64,000 nucleotides of DNA, taken from the NCBI RefSeq assembly GCF_009914755.1, contig NC_060926.1; one strand, 5' to 3'. The notes beneath the pieces were generated by a model. That model did not search any database. It saw only the letters and a program-made list of their open reading frames with translations, and had not been told where the DNA came from. The DNA comes from the human T2T-CHM13v2.0 reference genome, Homo sapiens. This document shows positions 13,713-27,411 of this stretch, piece after piece. Position 1 is the stretch's first letter; every line of letters starts with the position of its first letter. The position numbers were made by a program, and so were the translations under genes.

Positions 13713-16700
13713 CGTGTCAGAAGGTATCATCCCCTCTGTGTTACACTAGTGTCCTCTGATGGGGGTTTCCAAAGAGGGAACCCACATCGGCTGGGCTTTG
13801 CATTGGGCAGGCTTCATCTGCATCCTGTTGGACGGTACGGTAGACCTTAGAGTTTAGAGATAGTCAAACAGTACTGCTGGTGAACCTTCACAGGTCACGG
13901 ATGTGCCAGACACTGGGCTGGGCTCTACATACGTTTCCACGCTGAATCCACAACAGCCCTATGGGTCGGTGATAGGATCCATGTCCAGATGAAGAAAGGG
14001 GTGCCTGGCTCTGAAGCCCATGTGCTTGGATTGTGGCTGAAGCCGTCCTGCTAGGAGAGAGTGATGCAGAACACTCCGGGGCTGGGCCAAGAAGTCGTGG
14101 CTTCAGCAGGGAAGCAGTGGGAAAAAAGACGCCTCTTCACAGGTTCATCTAGCAAGAGTGTGCGGTTGGATTGGAAGAGGGGAGGCAAGCCGCTGATGGC
14201 CAGAGTGAGGCTGTGACACTTCAGATGAGATGTTGTTTCACTCTGACTCCAGCCTGGTAGTGACAGTGAGCGTGGAGAGAGGGATGAGGCGTTAGGGGGG
14301 TTTGGGCTGAGGATGCACTCCTCAGCGGCCACGTGCAGCTGGCGCTGGGGAGGTGAGGGCTGTGTCTGCTGGGAGAGCTGACAGACCTGGCTCTGGGCAA
14401 GGACGCTGGAGTTGCCGGCAACAGCTGGGGCCGTCCCGCTGATGAGAGAGGCGCAGGGCTACAGGGGACCGACAGCGAGTGCAGCACTGGCCCCAGCTGA
14501 GCTGATGACATGGGCAAATGACTTGTGGGGAGTGCAGATGTGGAGCCACAGAGCAGAGCCCTTTGGTGGTTGAGGCCACTGAGTGACAAGACGAGAAGGG
14601 GCTGGAACAGCATCTGGAGGGGCCCCTGCTCTGGGGGACAGCGAGGAAGAAGGGACTCAACAGAAGGCGAGAGAGAGCATCACAGGCTAGCAGGAAGAAG
14701 GCAGGAGCCAGGAGGGTGTGGGGCGCTGCCGGACACTGGATGTGTGGACAAGGAGCTGCTGGTGATCTCTCCCATACAGTCTCACTGTGGTGAGGGCTGG
14801 GCCAGGGATCAAGGGGTGATGAAATGGTGCTGCCCTGGAATGGACCACTTTGTCCCAAAGACTGTCAGCAACTTGAGGGATGGGGCTGTGGGCAGGTGGG
14901 ACACACCCTGGAGCTGCAGGGGCCATGGGAGTGCTCAAAGGTCCGAGGGAAGGAGAACACACAGGGCTGGAAGATGCAAGAGGACACCAGAGTCACAGAC
15001 CAGGCCCTGGAGTGGGCAGGCGGAGGGTGCCCTTGCAGGGAGGGAAGGAGGGAGGAGAGAAGGTAGGGACATGAATGGAGGAAATATGCTCAGGTTGGGC
15101 AGCCTCAGTCTCCCCAGTAAAACAGGTGTTCTTGTCCTGCTCAACATGAGAGAGGTGAGCACAGAACCGGGGCCTTGAGGGGAGTGGAGGTGACTGGCAG
15201 AGATGCAGTTGGAGCCAGAGAGCCTGGAAAAATACAGATGCCTGGGCCCCACCCCAGAGTGTGGTGGGCAGGACCTGGGCTTTAGGGTTTCAGAAACTCC
15301 CCAGGTGGTCCCTGTGTGCCACAGCCAGGGTGGTAAACATAGCATGAAGTCAAGGTCCTGCGAGGACTTGGCAGCTGAAGGCCATCAGTGCCATGGACGT
15401 CAGAACTGTTAAGAAGGTGTCCTCATGCTCTTTAGCAGGGACCGGAGTTCAAACAGCAGATTTGTCACATGCTCGCCACAAGCTGGGCCCCCTACTACCC
15501 ACTTTATGTGGATTCTCTAATCTGATCCCCACAGCAGCCCTGGGAAATGGGCACCGGTTTCACACCCACTTGGCAGGTGAGGAAACTGAGGCATGGAGGG
15601 CAAGTCTCCCCAGGAGCTGGGCCAAGCCCAGGCAGCATCTTCTGACTGCTGTAGGGGAGAGGATGGGCCCACCGGCAGGGCCAGCCAAGGAGCCACGAAG
15701 GTGAGCAGGGAGGGAGTAGGGGGCGCGTGCTGAGGCCTGGAGGAGTGGGAGTGGTGAGCGGCTGCAGTAAGTAGGAAGGGGGAATTTGTGCCTAGCACCT
15801 TAGAGGGCAGGCAGTCTCCAGGGCTCGGGGAGCTGTTACAATGGGCAGTGAAGGCCCAGGATGGGCGAGGCCTCCGGAAGCAGAGCAGCCAGGCTGGACC
15901 ACGCAGGCAGGAACTAGTCGACTGGACCATGACCCAGGAAGCTGGGGCAGATGTGAGCCAGGTACCCCTCCCCTCAGCAGGATGGCTGGTCTCTGAGGCT
16001 GAGGAGATGGAGCCCACCAGCTGAATACCCCCAAACTTTGTGTGGTTCCTCAGTGGACAGGTATTCATTAAAGCAGGGGCTGCAGGGGCAACCAGCGAGA
16101 AGCCAAAGTGCATCTTGGGAGGTGAGATGGTGCTGTCTATGCCAGAGGGCAAATATCCTGACCTGGCTAAGCTCCCCTCCTCTGGGCTCCCACAGCTTCC
16201 GTCTCAGCTGATGCCACCTTTCCATCTTTCTGTCTCTGCCCTGTCCCCTGACCGGCGTGGTGTGGAGCACTCAGCAGCAACGTGAAGTAATTAGCACAGG
16301 ACCTGTGTACGCCAGGGCGAGGCTGTGTGGTGGAAACCAGGTGTGCAGTTAGATCCCAAGTGCTGCCATGTACTTGGTTTGGCTTCGGGGATTCCGGCGC
16401 TGTGGCTGTTTTCCTTAGCCATGACCTTGAGGCTCTTCTCTTTGTCTCTGATAATCCCAGTGTTTGAAAATCCCAGAGTACCTTTCCAGGAGTGGTTGAT
16501 TTTTCCTCAGTTTTGTCTGGGGTTTCTTGGTAAGGTGACCTGATGGATCTTCAGGCCCAAGGGGTCCTGGAAGGGCCTAGAGACTGCCAGAGTGGAGGAG
16601 GAGCTGTTAGGATGTGGGAGCAGGGGCTTCCCTGGGTCCCGCAGAGATGTGTTCTCCTGGCATGGGCCAAGGGCCCCCTGGAGGAGGCTGCACTTTCCTG

Positions 16701-16914
16701 ATCCCTCCCAAGGTTTCCAGGCCTGCTCAATGGCTCAGACCCACTGCCCCAGTTTCTTCTACCCTCGGGAAGTTTTGACGACCAGCTGGATCCCTCTCAC
16801 TCCCTCCTAACTCCCTCATCTGGGAGGGGTGCGGGAGGCATGGGTATTTACAAGGAGTCCTGTAGGTGATTCGGTGGCCATTCCCAGCCCCTCAGAAGAA
16901 CTGAAGGGAGATGA

Positions 16915-17376
<462 letters not shown>

Positions 17377-18545
17377 TGAAGCTCTGAAAGAGACTGAACA
17401 GTTCACAGAGTCCATTCCTTTGGGGCTGCCTGAATTCTGATAAGCTTAACACAGTCCATCTCTTGGGGCATTTACTAGCCAGGCTGATGACAGTTGTCAC
17501 CCTCAGAAGCCTGGCGATCGATACCAGCTGAAAACCACTGTCTACTGCATCATTTAATAGGGTCAGAAGGAGGCCATGTGACCTTTCAGGTCTCTTTAAA
17601 CCATCTTTATCGTCCATTGTGCCTCTGATCTCCTCATTTTCCCAAGCACTTACCCTGCTCATATTTTCTCCAAAGTTTACTTGTGGAATTCCAAGCCACT
17701 GCTCTGAGCCTGGGTAACAGACCAATTTCATAGCTGGTCATTCATTCACCCTTGATGAGGGGCGAGGTTAATTCTTCTCCACAGCAGCATAACCTGCCCA
17801 GCGCTGGGACTCGGGCACACATGGCCCCAGTGGCATTCCCGCTCCCTGCCTGGGCCTGAGGAGAGGGATGGTGAGCCCAGGAGGGAGGTGGCACTGCACT
17901 GCCCACCACACCTCAGCCACCACGCCTCGTCACAGAGCTCGAGCAGCAGAGGGTCCAGCCCTCCACAGCTTCCCTGAGCAGCTCACTCTGAAGTGTGCCT
18001 CTCCGTCTTGTCAGGAAGGTGCTTCTCTCAGCCCCGAGTCTCTTCTACAGCAGCAGACCGTCTCAGCTGCTCATGGTGCATGGCCGCCACTTCGGGTTGG
18101 TTATTAGTCCTGTGTTCAAGCCGGGCTTCATGAAGCCGCACTTTTTGAATGTGCTCCACTTCTGGGTTTGTTAACAGTTGTGGCTGCTGATACCATTTTG
18201 TTGAATTCAGCTTTAAAGAGTGAACATTCCCCTCCATCTTTTGAGTTCCTCAGCTGGTCAGACTTTATCTTTGTGGGAAGCGTGGGGTGGATCAATCTGC
18301 AGGTCTCCCCTCTCTGGGCCTGGCTGCCCTCTAAATCTTTTCATTATAACAGAACACATTTTGAAGCACAAAGTGACAGGAAGTTCGGCAGGTTTCTCAG
18401 GCCTCATTTTTGAGGTATCCTCTTGGTTTTGGGGCCTCATCTGGCATTGCTTGCTCAGGCCAGGCCCAGCAAGCGGGGTGTAGGGCAGGGCACACACTGG
18501 CTACGGGGGTCTCTGCAGCAGGACAGAGGGGGCTCCCTACTTTTA

Positions 18546-19118
<573 letters not shown>

Positions 19119-20171
19119 CTATTGCCATATAATAGAAAAATCATTAAGTATAGGGACAACTGACCATCCCCTGTCACCAGAACAGAAAAGCAGTCCATCA
19201 AGTCCTGTATTTCTTGTTCCCAGTAGAGATCTCAGGGTAACAAGCATGAGTGTAGAGGTGCAAGGCTCTCAGAGACCCTTGGCTGCATGGGTTCTCACGT
19301 TGTCCACCGAATCCCAGGCATCCCCTGGGGATAAGGGGTTGTGGGGCAGCAGTGCCAGCCACTCAGGTACTGAGTCCTTCCATCCCCAGTTTGAGCAGAG
19401 CTGCTCTCCTTTTCAGGCTCTTATTTCTTTTTGTTTGTGTGTATGAATAAAGGGTCCCTGGCTGAATAGCTGGAATATCTTTAGTCAGGTCTAAGCCTAT
19501 ATCTCATGGATGGGGAGACCCAGCAGTGCACCACAAGTGGCTGGTGTCCCTCTGGGATGGAAGCCTGGCACTGCAGTGCCCTCTTGGGCAAGGATGCATC
19601 ACTGGCCATCCCTGCCTGCCTTCCAGAACCTCACGTTAGCTCTGGATGCAGCATCTATGAATTTAAAGCTTTTTGAAACCTATAGTTCCAGCTTCCGTCA
19701 TGTGTTTGGGTCATGAACTCTACAGCCCACAGAATTTAGTGCACATACCAAGTTCACTCTTGCTTTGTCAGTTACAACTTTACAAATTTGATTAATTTAC
19801 TCTCCATTAGCTTAGGGTCTGCTTATCTGCTTAGGGCCTGTTATTTTTTTTTCTTTCTTTTTGTTGGTCTGTTCTCAGAAGAAGCCTATTCTCCTTCTGA
19901 TTGTCTTGCCTGAACATTGGGTCTTTTGTTTTGCCTTTCCCTAGACGAGGTTCTTAGCACTGTACCATGTTCGTGTCTAGTGATGATCCTGGTAGTGACT
20001 GGCATGCTCTTTGGCTTTGCTGGCCTGACAAGCAGGTGTTGTGCCATCTTCAGGAGTTGATGAGACACTGATATTTTTCTGGCATACAACAGATACCCGG
20101 AGCCCACCATCATATCACTTGGATGATGTTTCATTAAATACCAGCCTTGGTGTCATAGTGCAGTATCTGAT

Positions 20172-20560
20172 ACGGTGCATAGTCCTTTATCTGAAGCCCC
20201 TGTGGCCAGATGCTTTGGAATGCACAGGTTTTCAGATTTTAGAAAGTACTGTGGTACACAGTTGGTGTTTACTTATGTAAGTAATATGGTGCCCATCGCA
20301 TATGTGTACCATGGTATACATACAGGATTTAACATCCCCGGGGGAGCCTGAGACAGCACTCTGCAACCAAGCTCATATTATTGCCACACTGAAAAGTATG
20401 AATATTTACATAAAATGGGATAAGTAAAGATTGCAAGTAGTCTTATATCAGCTCAGGTCTGGTTGTGCTGCCAAATGAGATTGCCACAGATTTACACGAA
20501 AAAATTACCTTGTTTCAGAGCTTGATGGATTTGGTGACTGTGTGCCTAGGATTGTATCTA
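20172..20560. mobile_element. Degenerate TcMar-Tigger MITE (MER46C-like)
   Basis: Ends resemble recalled consensus (gtcctttatctgaa...ggccagatg; ttttcagagct...ggattgt); boundaries approximate. Confidence 0.4.
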
Positions 20561-21299
20561 GAGGTGCAGGGAAAATGCCCTGAAATCTCCCCATGGGGAG
20601 AGGAGGTGCACTCAGGTGGCCTTTTCCCAGTCCAGAGGCTGCCCTGCCCCCTACTCTGTGAGCCATTCAGTTGTGAGGAGGGAAGTGTGCTGGCAGTAAC
20701 TCTGCTACCGGGAAAGTATGGCGGGAGGAGGCCTGTGGGGCTGGTGGTCAGGAGGTGGCCAAAGGGCAGTGCAACTTCTGAGCTGCTCCCGTCTGTTCAG
20801 GTGAAAGAGGAGAGTAGAGATAGTAGGTCTGTTCCCTACCTTCCAGGGAGACCTGGAGACCTGGCCCAGGACTGTGGGCATCCTGAGAGTGGCTCTGGCT
20901 TCCCCAGTGGGTCATATTTGCCGCCCTCTTTCCCTGAGGGATCAGCAGTGAAGGGCTGAACGTGATAAGAGGGCCCAGGCATGGCTTGGAAGGGGACAGC
21001 GGACTGCAAAAGAGTGTCCTGTGGGAGAAGGCAGGCCACACAGGGGATGGCAGGGATGATGGCAGGCCTACAGGCGGCAGGCCCCCAAAAGGGCTGGTGT
21101 CTGTAAGTGACTTGGTTTCTATTGCCAGCTCTGGCAGGGCATGGAGTTGGGGAACAAAATTGGAGCGTCTGGCCAGGCCTGGGTGTTGAGTTTCTGTTCC
21201 TGCCCTTGCTGGGCTGGTTGGGAGCCTTTCCTGTGTGTGAAGGGTGCTGCCTTTCTGTGGAGCCTCGCCTCTAAGCACGGCCCATGTTTCTGTTGGCAG

Positions 21300-21454
21300 A
21301 TCTGCCGCCGCCTTAATGGGGTCCGGTTCACCAGCTGCAAGAGTGCTAAGGACCGTACAGCCATGTCGGTGACACTGGAGCAGTGCCTGATCCTGCAACA
21401 CGAGCATGGCATGGCCCCGCAGGTCTTCACCCAGGCCCTGGAGTGCATGCGCAG
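21300..21454 (+). CDS. INPP4A: INPP4A catalytic exon with CX5R motif CKSAKDR (21336..21356)
   Basis: [51 protein letters not shown]; tggcag acceptor, CAG|GTGAGT donor. Confidence 0.97.
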
Positions 21455-23358
21455 GTGAGTGCCGCAGCCAGGCCGCGCGCCCCGCCTGCCCCGGCCCGTG
21501 TAAACTGCAGATGAGCTGGTACCCTGCTCCTGCCTGCAGGGCCTACCCTGCATGAGCCCCTTGACTCCAGCCTTCACACTTGAGTTTGACAAACCCGTCA
21601 AACTATTGGCACTATCAAATTCAGACAGGGTTCTCTTGTAAGGTAAGGTGGGGGGTAACAGCTAGCAGGACTTTCTGAGCAGGACTGCCCAGAAAACTGG
21701 TAGACTGGTGGGCAAGCCACGGGTCAGGCAGCTAAACGGGAAGCTGGGAAGCAGCCATGACATGCAGTGCCCTGTTGGCCACCTGCTGGCCGTGGGTGTG
21801 ACTTAGGGCCAGTGCTTTCTCAGCAGGCATCTGCTGTTGTCGTCGTGTATATATTGATATCTGTACATTTCCAAACTTGAGTGAAGCAACGCGTCTGCAG
21901 GTTGCATCGGTCTGCTCTGCTGCTTCTCTAGCAGTCGACACCATTTGCTCTTATGAGCAAAGTGTCAAATGAGTGTTTTATCATGAGAGCTGTCAGTGTG
22001 CTCTGGCGACCTCACCCTAATGATGTTCTGATTCTGAGGCAGCAGGCGTGTTTGCAGAATGAAACCCGGAACTAAAAGTGTCTACTGTTGATCGATGCCT
22101 TGTTTCAAGCACTGCTGGGCAGCCCCCTACCTCACATACCAAAAGAAAGGATAAGAAACCTGGTTTCCCGTCTCCTTCGATGTAGTCACCAATGCTGTTA
22201 AAGTCTCGTTTCCAACAGTCACTTCTACTAAATGTTCTGTATCATTTGTCCTCTCACCAAATTATTTAAAGTGTTCAATTCTCTTATCCTTTCTGTATGT
22301 TTCTGCCGTTTGACCTTCTCACAATACTGCACAAAAGCGACGCGTGAGCTCCTGCCTCTTGATAAGTGCATTTTGTAAAAATGGAATCGTTTTGTCCCGT
22401 TTTGTCTTTCCAAGTTCATCTCAACCTCTCTGTTAAAGCTCGCCATCCCTCTGCCCAGGCTCAGGGAAGCAATGGAGACTCAAAGACCGGTGCTCTGGGG
22501 CGCCTTTTTAAAATTTTAATTCCCTGGTCTGCTCCCCAGGAGCCTTGGTGCCATTCAGGCCTGATGTCCAGTGTGACCCTGGTGCTGAGGGACGGCAGCC
22601 ACGCCTGTGCCCATTAGCTGCACGGTGGTGGGAGGGGACATTCTGGTGAGCTGCAGACCTCAGCCAGTGAAGAAAGGAGAACAAAGTGGACAGGGATCCC
22701 TGTGGTAGTGGCAGCAAGGAGCAGGATCAGGGCCAGTCAGGAGCTGGCACCCCAAGTTAGGCACACAGTCCATGCGGAAACCTCTACTCAGTTCTCGGGC
22801 TCTCGAACAAGTTCAACGGAAACAATTCATTCTGACCACCTCTGAACACAAAGACCTCAGGAGACCAGTGACAAAGTGGCCCCCTGGAGAGCCACAGTGC
22901 GATGGCAGGCCTGTCACTGAGCCCAGACCCGCAAGGGCCCCATCCGCCTGCCCCTAGCCCACTTGGGTTGTGTGCTCAGGACAGCCGTTACAGTTACAGC
23001 TGTTAGGATGTATAGTGCACAAAGCACTTTTTATAACTTTTACTCACATAAGGAATTGAAAATCCTTGTAGGAAAATTAGGAAATACAGATAAGCCCCTA
23101 CACTAGTTCCTCAGAACCCTCCCACAAAGAATCCCCCAGTTTCCTAATGTGAACAGGTAGCGCTGCGGACATTTGGATACATACTGTCTAGATAAGAGAC
23201 ATGCGTACATGCCTATGGGCGTGAGTATGTACACATGGGCCAACCAGTCCCTGAATTACACAGAACAAAAACACCCACATGCACAAACAAGTGTAATTAT
23301 ATTTGCAAATAACAGTCTTGTGAGCATTTTTTAGGTTAATAAATGTAGACCTTATCAC

Positions 23359-23661
23359 TTTTTTTTTCTTTTTTTTTTTTTGAGATGGAATCTTGCTCTG
23401 TCACCCAGGCTGGAGTGCAATGGTGCAGTCTTGGCTCACTGCATCCTCCACCTCCAGAGTTTAAGCAATTCTGCCCTTGCCTCCTGAGTAGCTGGGATTA
23501 CAGATGCCCACCACCACACCTGGCTAATTTTTTGTATTTTTAGTAGAAACGGGGTTTGGCCATGTTGGCCGGGATGTTCTCAAACTCCTGACCTCAGGTG
23601 ATCCGCCCACCTTGGCCTCCCATAGTGCTGGGATTACAGACGTGAGCCACCATGCCCAGCC
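23359..23661 (-). mobile_element. AluS element (antisense)
   Basis: Poly(T) followed by reverse-complement Alu dimer ending ...gcccagcc. Confidence 0.95.
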
Positions 23662-25886
23662 GCATTTTACACACTATAATTTATCCAATTTGCTGTCATT
23701 GAATATTTAAGCTGTATATGGTTTTCCAGCATTTTAATCAAAGGTGCAGTGAATATCCTTATACATTCCCCTAGCCACATTGCCTTAGGTTAAAAAGTAT
23801 ACACCTTTGTAAGGCTTTTGAATAATTTTAGTACAGATCACCAAATGGTCCCCACAGTAGCCACTCTCCTGCCCAGTGTCCCAGAGTGCACGAGGCACTG
23901 CCCATGCCGGGCGCTGTCTTTCCTGTCACTCTTGTGAGGCTTCTGAAGCTGTAAGGGCTGTTGTTTCTCTGCATTAGCAGTAAGGGCCCTGGGGCCTGGC
24001 AAAGGGAAGGCCCTTCCTCCTGTGGGAACAGGCAGCATTCCCTCCACCCTGCCCTCTTCCTTTCTAAACCCCACCCCTGCCTCCAATCATGGATGCCTTT
24101 TTTACTTGCTTATTTCTTTGTTTTCTGAAATCTCTACAGTGAACATGTATCACTTTAATAGTTTTTAAAGAAGTTATAAAAACAAAACAAAGCTCAATCC
24201 TACTTTACCTGTGCCTGCCCCAGAATTCTCGCACCAGCTCTGGGGACATGGCTCACTGCCACCTTGAGCCAACCCTTGCAGGTCTGAGGCTCTTGTCACA
24301 GGCATTTGTTTTAAGGTGACTTCTGTTTTCAATACGATCCCATGAGGGGAAGACATGTACCTGTTCAGGCGGCTGCAAGCCGAGGTGGCTGGGTCACAAG
24401 CTAGCAGCTCTGGCTGCTGGGGTGCCGAGTACCTGCAGTTTAGCTGAGGGCCCCAGAAGGCAGCATAAACTTCCACCCTGCCCGTGGGTGCAGGAGGACA
24501 TTTTGGTTCCTGGCTTTCTGGCTTGCATCTTATCAGACGGAAGAGTAGAGCATGCAGGTGGGGGTGGAGGGGGTGGGGGCCAAGCTGGCACCCAGGCTTT
24601 TCTCCTGGAGGCCCAGGGTGAACCATGGCCAGTGCTGTGCTGTAAATGTTCAGCCACCAGCTCTCTCCCCAAAAGCCCTGATCTGTAATGTTTGCCATTT
24701 CTGTGGCATAAACGCTTCTACCAGGGCCCATTTCAAGCTCCCATGTGGCACCATTGAACATGGAGTTGGGAAGAGATTCACACATTTGGCCACTGGGGTG
24801 TTCCTGTCCCCAGTCCTGGGGCTGAACCCCTCGAAGTAGGCCTTCCTGAGTAGCCACAGGGCCCCGCCAGCCTCTCCTGGCAGGGAATGTGGCAGTGGGT
24901 CGGTGCTCCGCAGCTTGGGAATTGTGCCCTCTCAGAATGGCACATTCCAGCAGGGCCATGGGGGCTTCGGGGCTCCTCTGGGAGAGCTGGGGAGGGCTCT
25001 GTGTGAAGAGGAACCCTGGGCCTCCTGCCTCCCCATCTCCAAGTGGAGCCTTCACAGGCTGCCTGCTGTGTCCTCAGGCCTCTGATTCTGTGTCACTGCT
25101 GCCACTTGGCAGACATAAATGTGCTTCCAGAGTCATGTGGTTCTAGGTACCATCTCACCTCAGTGCAGTTCTTCTGTAGCACCAAAAGGGGGAAGAAGCC
25201 CCAAATTTCTAGTGTGGTATTGTTTGGATTCCACCCTTGGGGATGCTTTCAGAACCCTAACTTGCAAAGATGGAAACAGCAGTCGCTCATGCCTGCCACT
25301 GCTGAGCCTGGAACCCGAGGCGGGGCTGGTGGGGGCTCTGCGCTTGGTTGGTTGGTACCTGAGGTAAATGGTTTTTGTTTGCGTGGTTGATCAAGAGGCA
25401 GCTTTGGCCAAATCCTTTGTACCACCCCCTGCTCAGGCATCTGTGAGAAGGTCAAATCCCCAATGGTTCTTCATGTTCCGCTTGCTTCTCAGAAATCCCT
25501 GTCTGTGCAGCATGTGGGGGCATGGCCGGGCAGCATGGAGTTGTGCTTGGCCAGCCGAGAGAGTGAACATGGAAAACCATTCGTTCAACCTACATGTGTT
25601 TATTTTCAGTAGATTGCAGTATTTTTTCTTATTTTCACTTCTCTTTCTCTCCTTTTTTCCTGTAACTGTGCTGGTTTTGTTTTGGTCTTCCTCTCATACC
25701 CGTTTCTGCATTTCATCTTTTCTTTCTATTGTGACTTCATTTCATTTTTTTTTAACCTTATCTTTTGTTTCTCTTGTTTATCCCATCCTTTTTGATAAAA
25801 TCCATCGCATGTGTCTTCTTTTTTTCTTTATTTTCTTTCCTTTCCTTTTTCCTTTTTCTTTCTCCCAAACTTTTTCCTTTTCACAG

Positions 25887-26067
25887 CATTGGAACACGGG
25901 AGGTAGTCACCCAGAAGAACTTGAGCGGCCTGGTGCCCATCCGAGACTTAAGGCTAGACCCCAGCCTCCTCTGTTCCATCCCTTTATTAGCTCTGAGCCC
26001 CAATTTACTGATTGTGTGGCTCTTTCTGAGCATAGCATACCTGGTGACCAAATTGCGTTGCAAATGA
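25887..26067 (+). CDS. INPP4A: INPP4A beta-isoform alternative last exon (hydrophobic C-terminus ...LLIVWLFLSIAYLVTKLRCK*)
   Basis: ttttcacag acceptor, phase 2 matches the catalytic exon, ORF 25765..26067 ends in TGA, matches recalled type I-beta tail. Confidence 0.88.
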
Positions 26068-26712
26068 ATATCATTATGAAAAATTAATAAGTCACAAGAA
26101 AAACAAAAGTGCCAGAACATGTCCAGCCACCGTGTACCTAACTGGACAGAAGGAATGTGTCAAACCGTGGTCTGCCAAGAAATATTTCATGCCTTACATT
26201 TTGACGTTTTGTTCTTCTGAACTGTAAATATCTGCCAAATTATTTCACCAAGAAGACTTGTTTGTTTAGCTCCTGTAGCATCTTCAGTGCTTGTAACATG
26301 TTCTTACGGTGCCCTGTCACTGCATCGTTTAGCTGGCCTGGAATTCCTTGTACCACGTCTCTACCTTCTGATGTACAACTATTTATCACCTGTACCTCTC
26401 ATGTGCCCTGTTTCCAAGAGAAACGAGTTCTGTTTAAAGAGAATTTGTATATTTGATACTATTCTTTAAGTGTACTGCTAACCCTTCCTTTCCTTTTGAT
26501 GACAAACGAAAAGAAAAAAACATGCTTTATAACTGGCTTATCTAGAAAAACCTATCTAATAGGACATGTACTTTCTGCTTTCATTTCAAAGCGTAGTCCC
26601 TGAATTACAGTAGCAAACAGTTTGCAGAATCCTACCATTTCCTTGCTTATGTTTATTATTTCCAATTAAGGATGACACAAAGCTGTGAATACAGTAGTAC
26701 ACTGTAGCAAGA

Positions 26713-27411
26713 GCCAGACACAGTCAGACACAGAAAGATCACCTACTGCATACGCCAGACACAGAAAGATCACCTACTGCATACGCCAGACACAGAAAGA
26801 TCACCTACTGCATATGCCAGCCACAGAAAGATCACCTACTGCATACGCCAGACACAGAAAGATCACCTACTGCATACGCCAGACACAGAAAGATCACCTA
26901 CTGCATACGCCAAAGAAAGATCACCTACTGCATACGCCAGACACAGAAAGATCACCTGCTGCATACGCCAGACACAGAAAGATCACCTGCTGCATACGCC
27001 AGACACAGAAAGATCACCTACTGCATACACCAGACAGAAAGATAACCTACTGCATACGCCAGACACAGATCATCTACTGCATACACCAGACAGAAAGATA
27101 ACCTACCGCATAAGTCAGACAGAAAGATCACCTAGTGCATAAGTCAGACACAGAAAGATCACCTACTGCATAAGTCAAACAGAAAGATCGCCTACTGCAT
27201 ACACCAGACACAGAAAGATCACCTACTGCATAAGTCAAACAGAAAGATAACCTCCTGCATACGCCAGACACAGAAAGATCACCTGCTGCACACACCAGAC
27301 ACAGATCACCTACTGCATACGCCAGACACAGAAAGATCACCTACTGCATATGCCAGACACAGAAAGATCACCTACTGCATACGCCAGACACAGAAAGATC
27401 ACCTACTGCAT
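26713..27411. repeat. 31-bp minisatellite (GCCAGACACAGAAAGATCACCTACTGCATAC), ~23 copies
   Basis: Head-to-tail units counted by eye; 27-31-bp variants. Confidence 0.97.

Noticed and set aside
24174-25055. 293-aa minus-strand ORF, and similar ~200-aa ORFs at 11385, 14525, 15517, 20748 and 50800
   Set aside because: No recognisable domain, low-complexity composition typical of GC-rich introns, and no supporting splice or promoter structure.
25368-26087. 239-aa Phe/Leu-rich ORF resembling a membrane protein
   Set aside because: It is a translation of the polypyrimidine tract; the real beta exon is in a different frame.
26713-27411. CRISPR-like array or repetitive protein ORFs (26685..27101, 27128..27340)
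   Set aside because: Units are head-to-tail with no unique spacers, there are no cas genes and the context is a human intron; the ORFs are by-products of the repeat.
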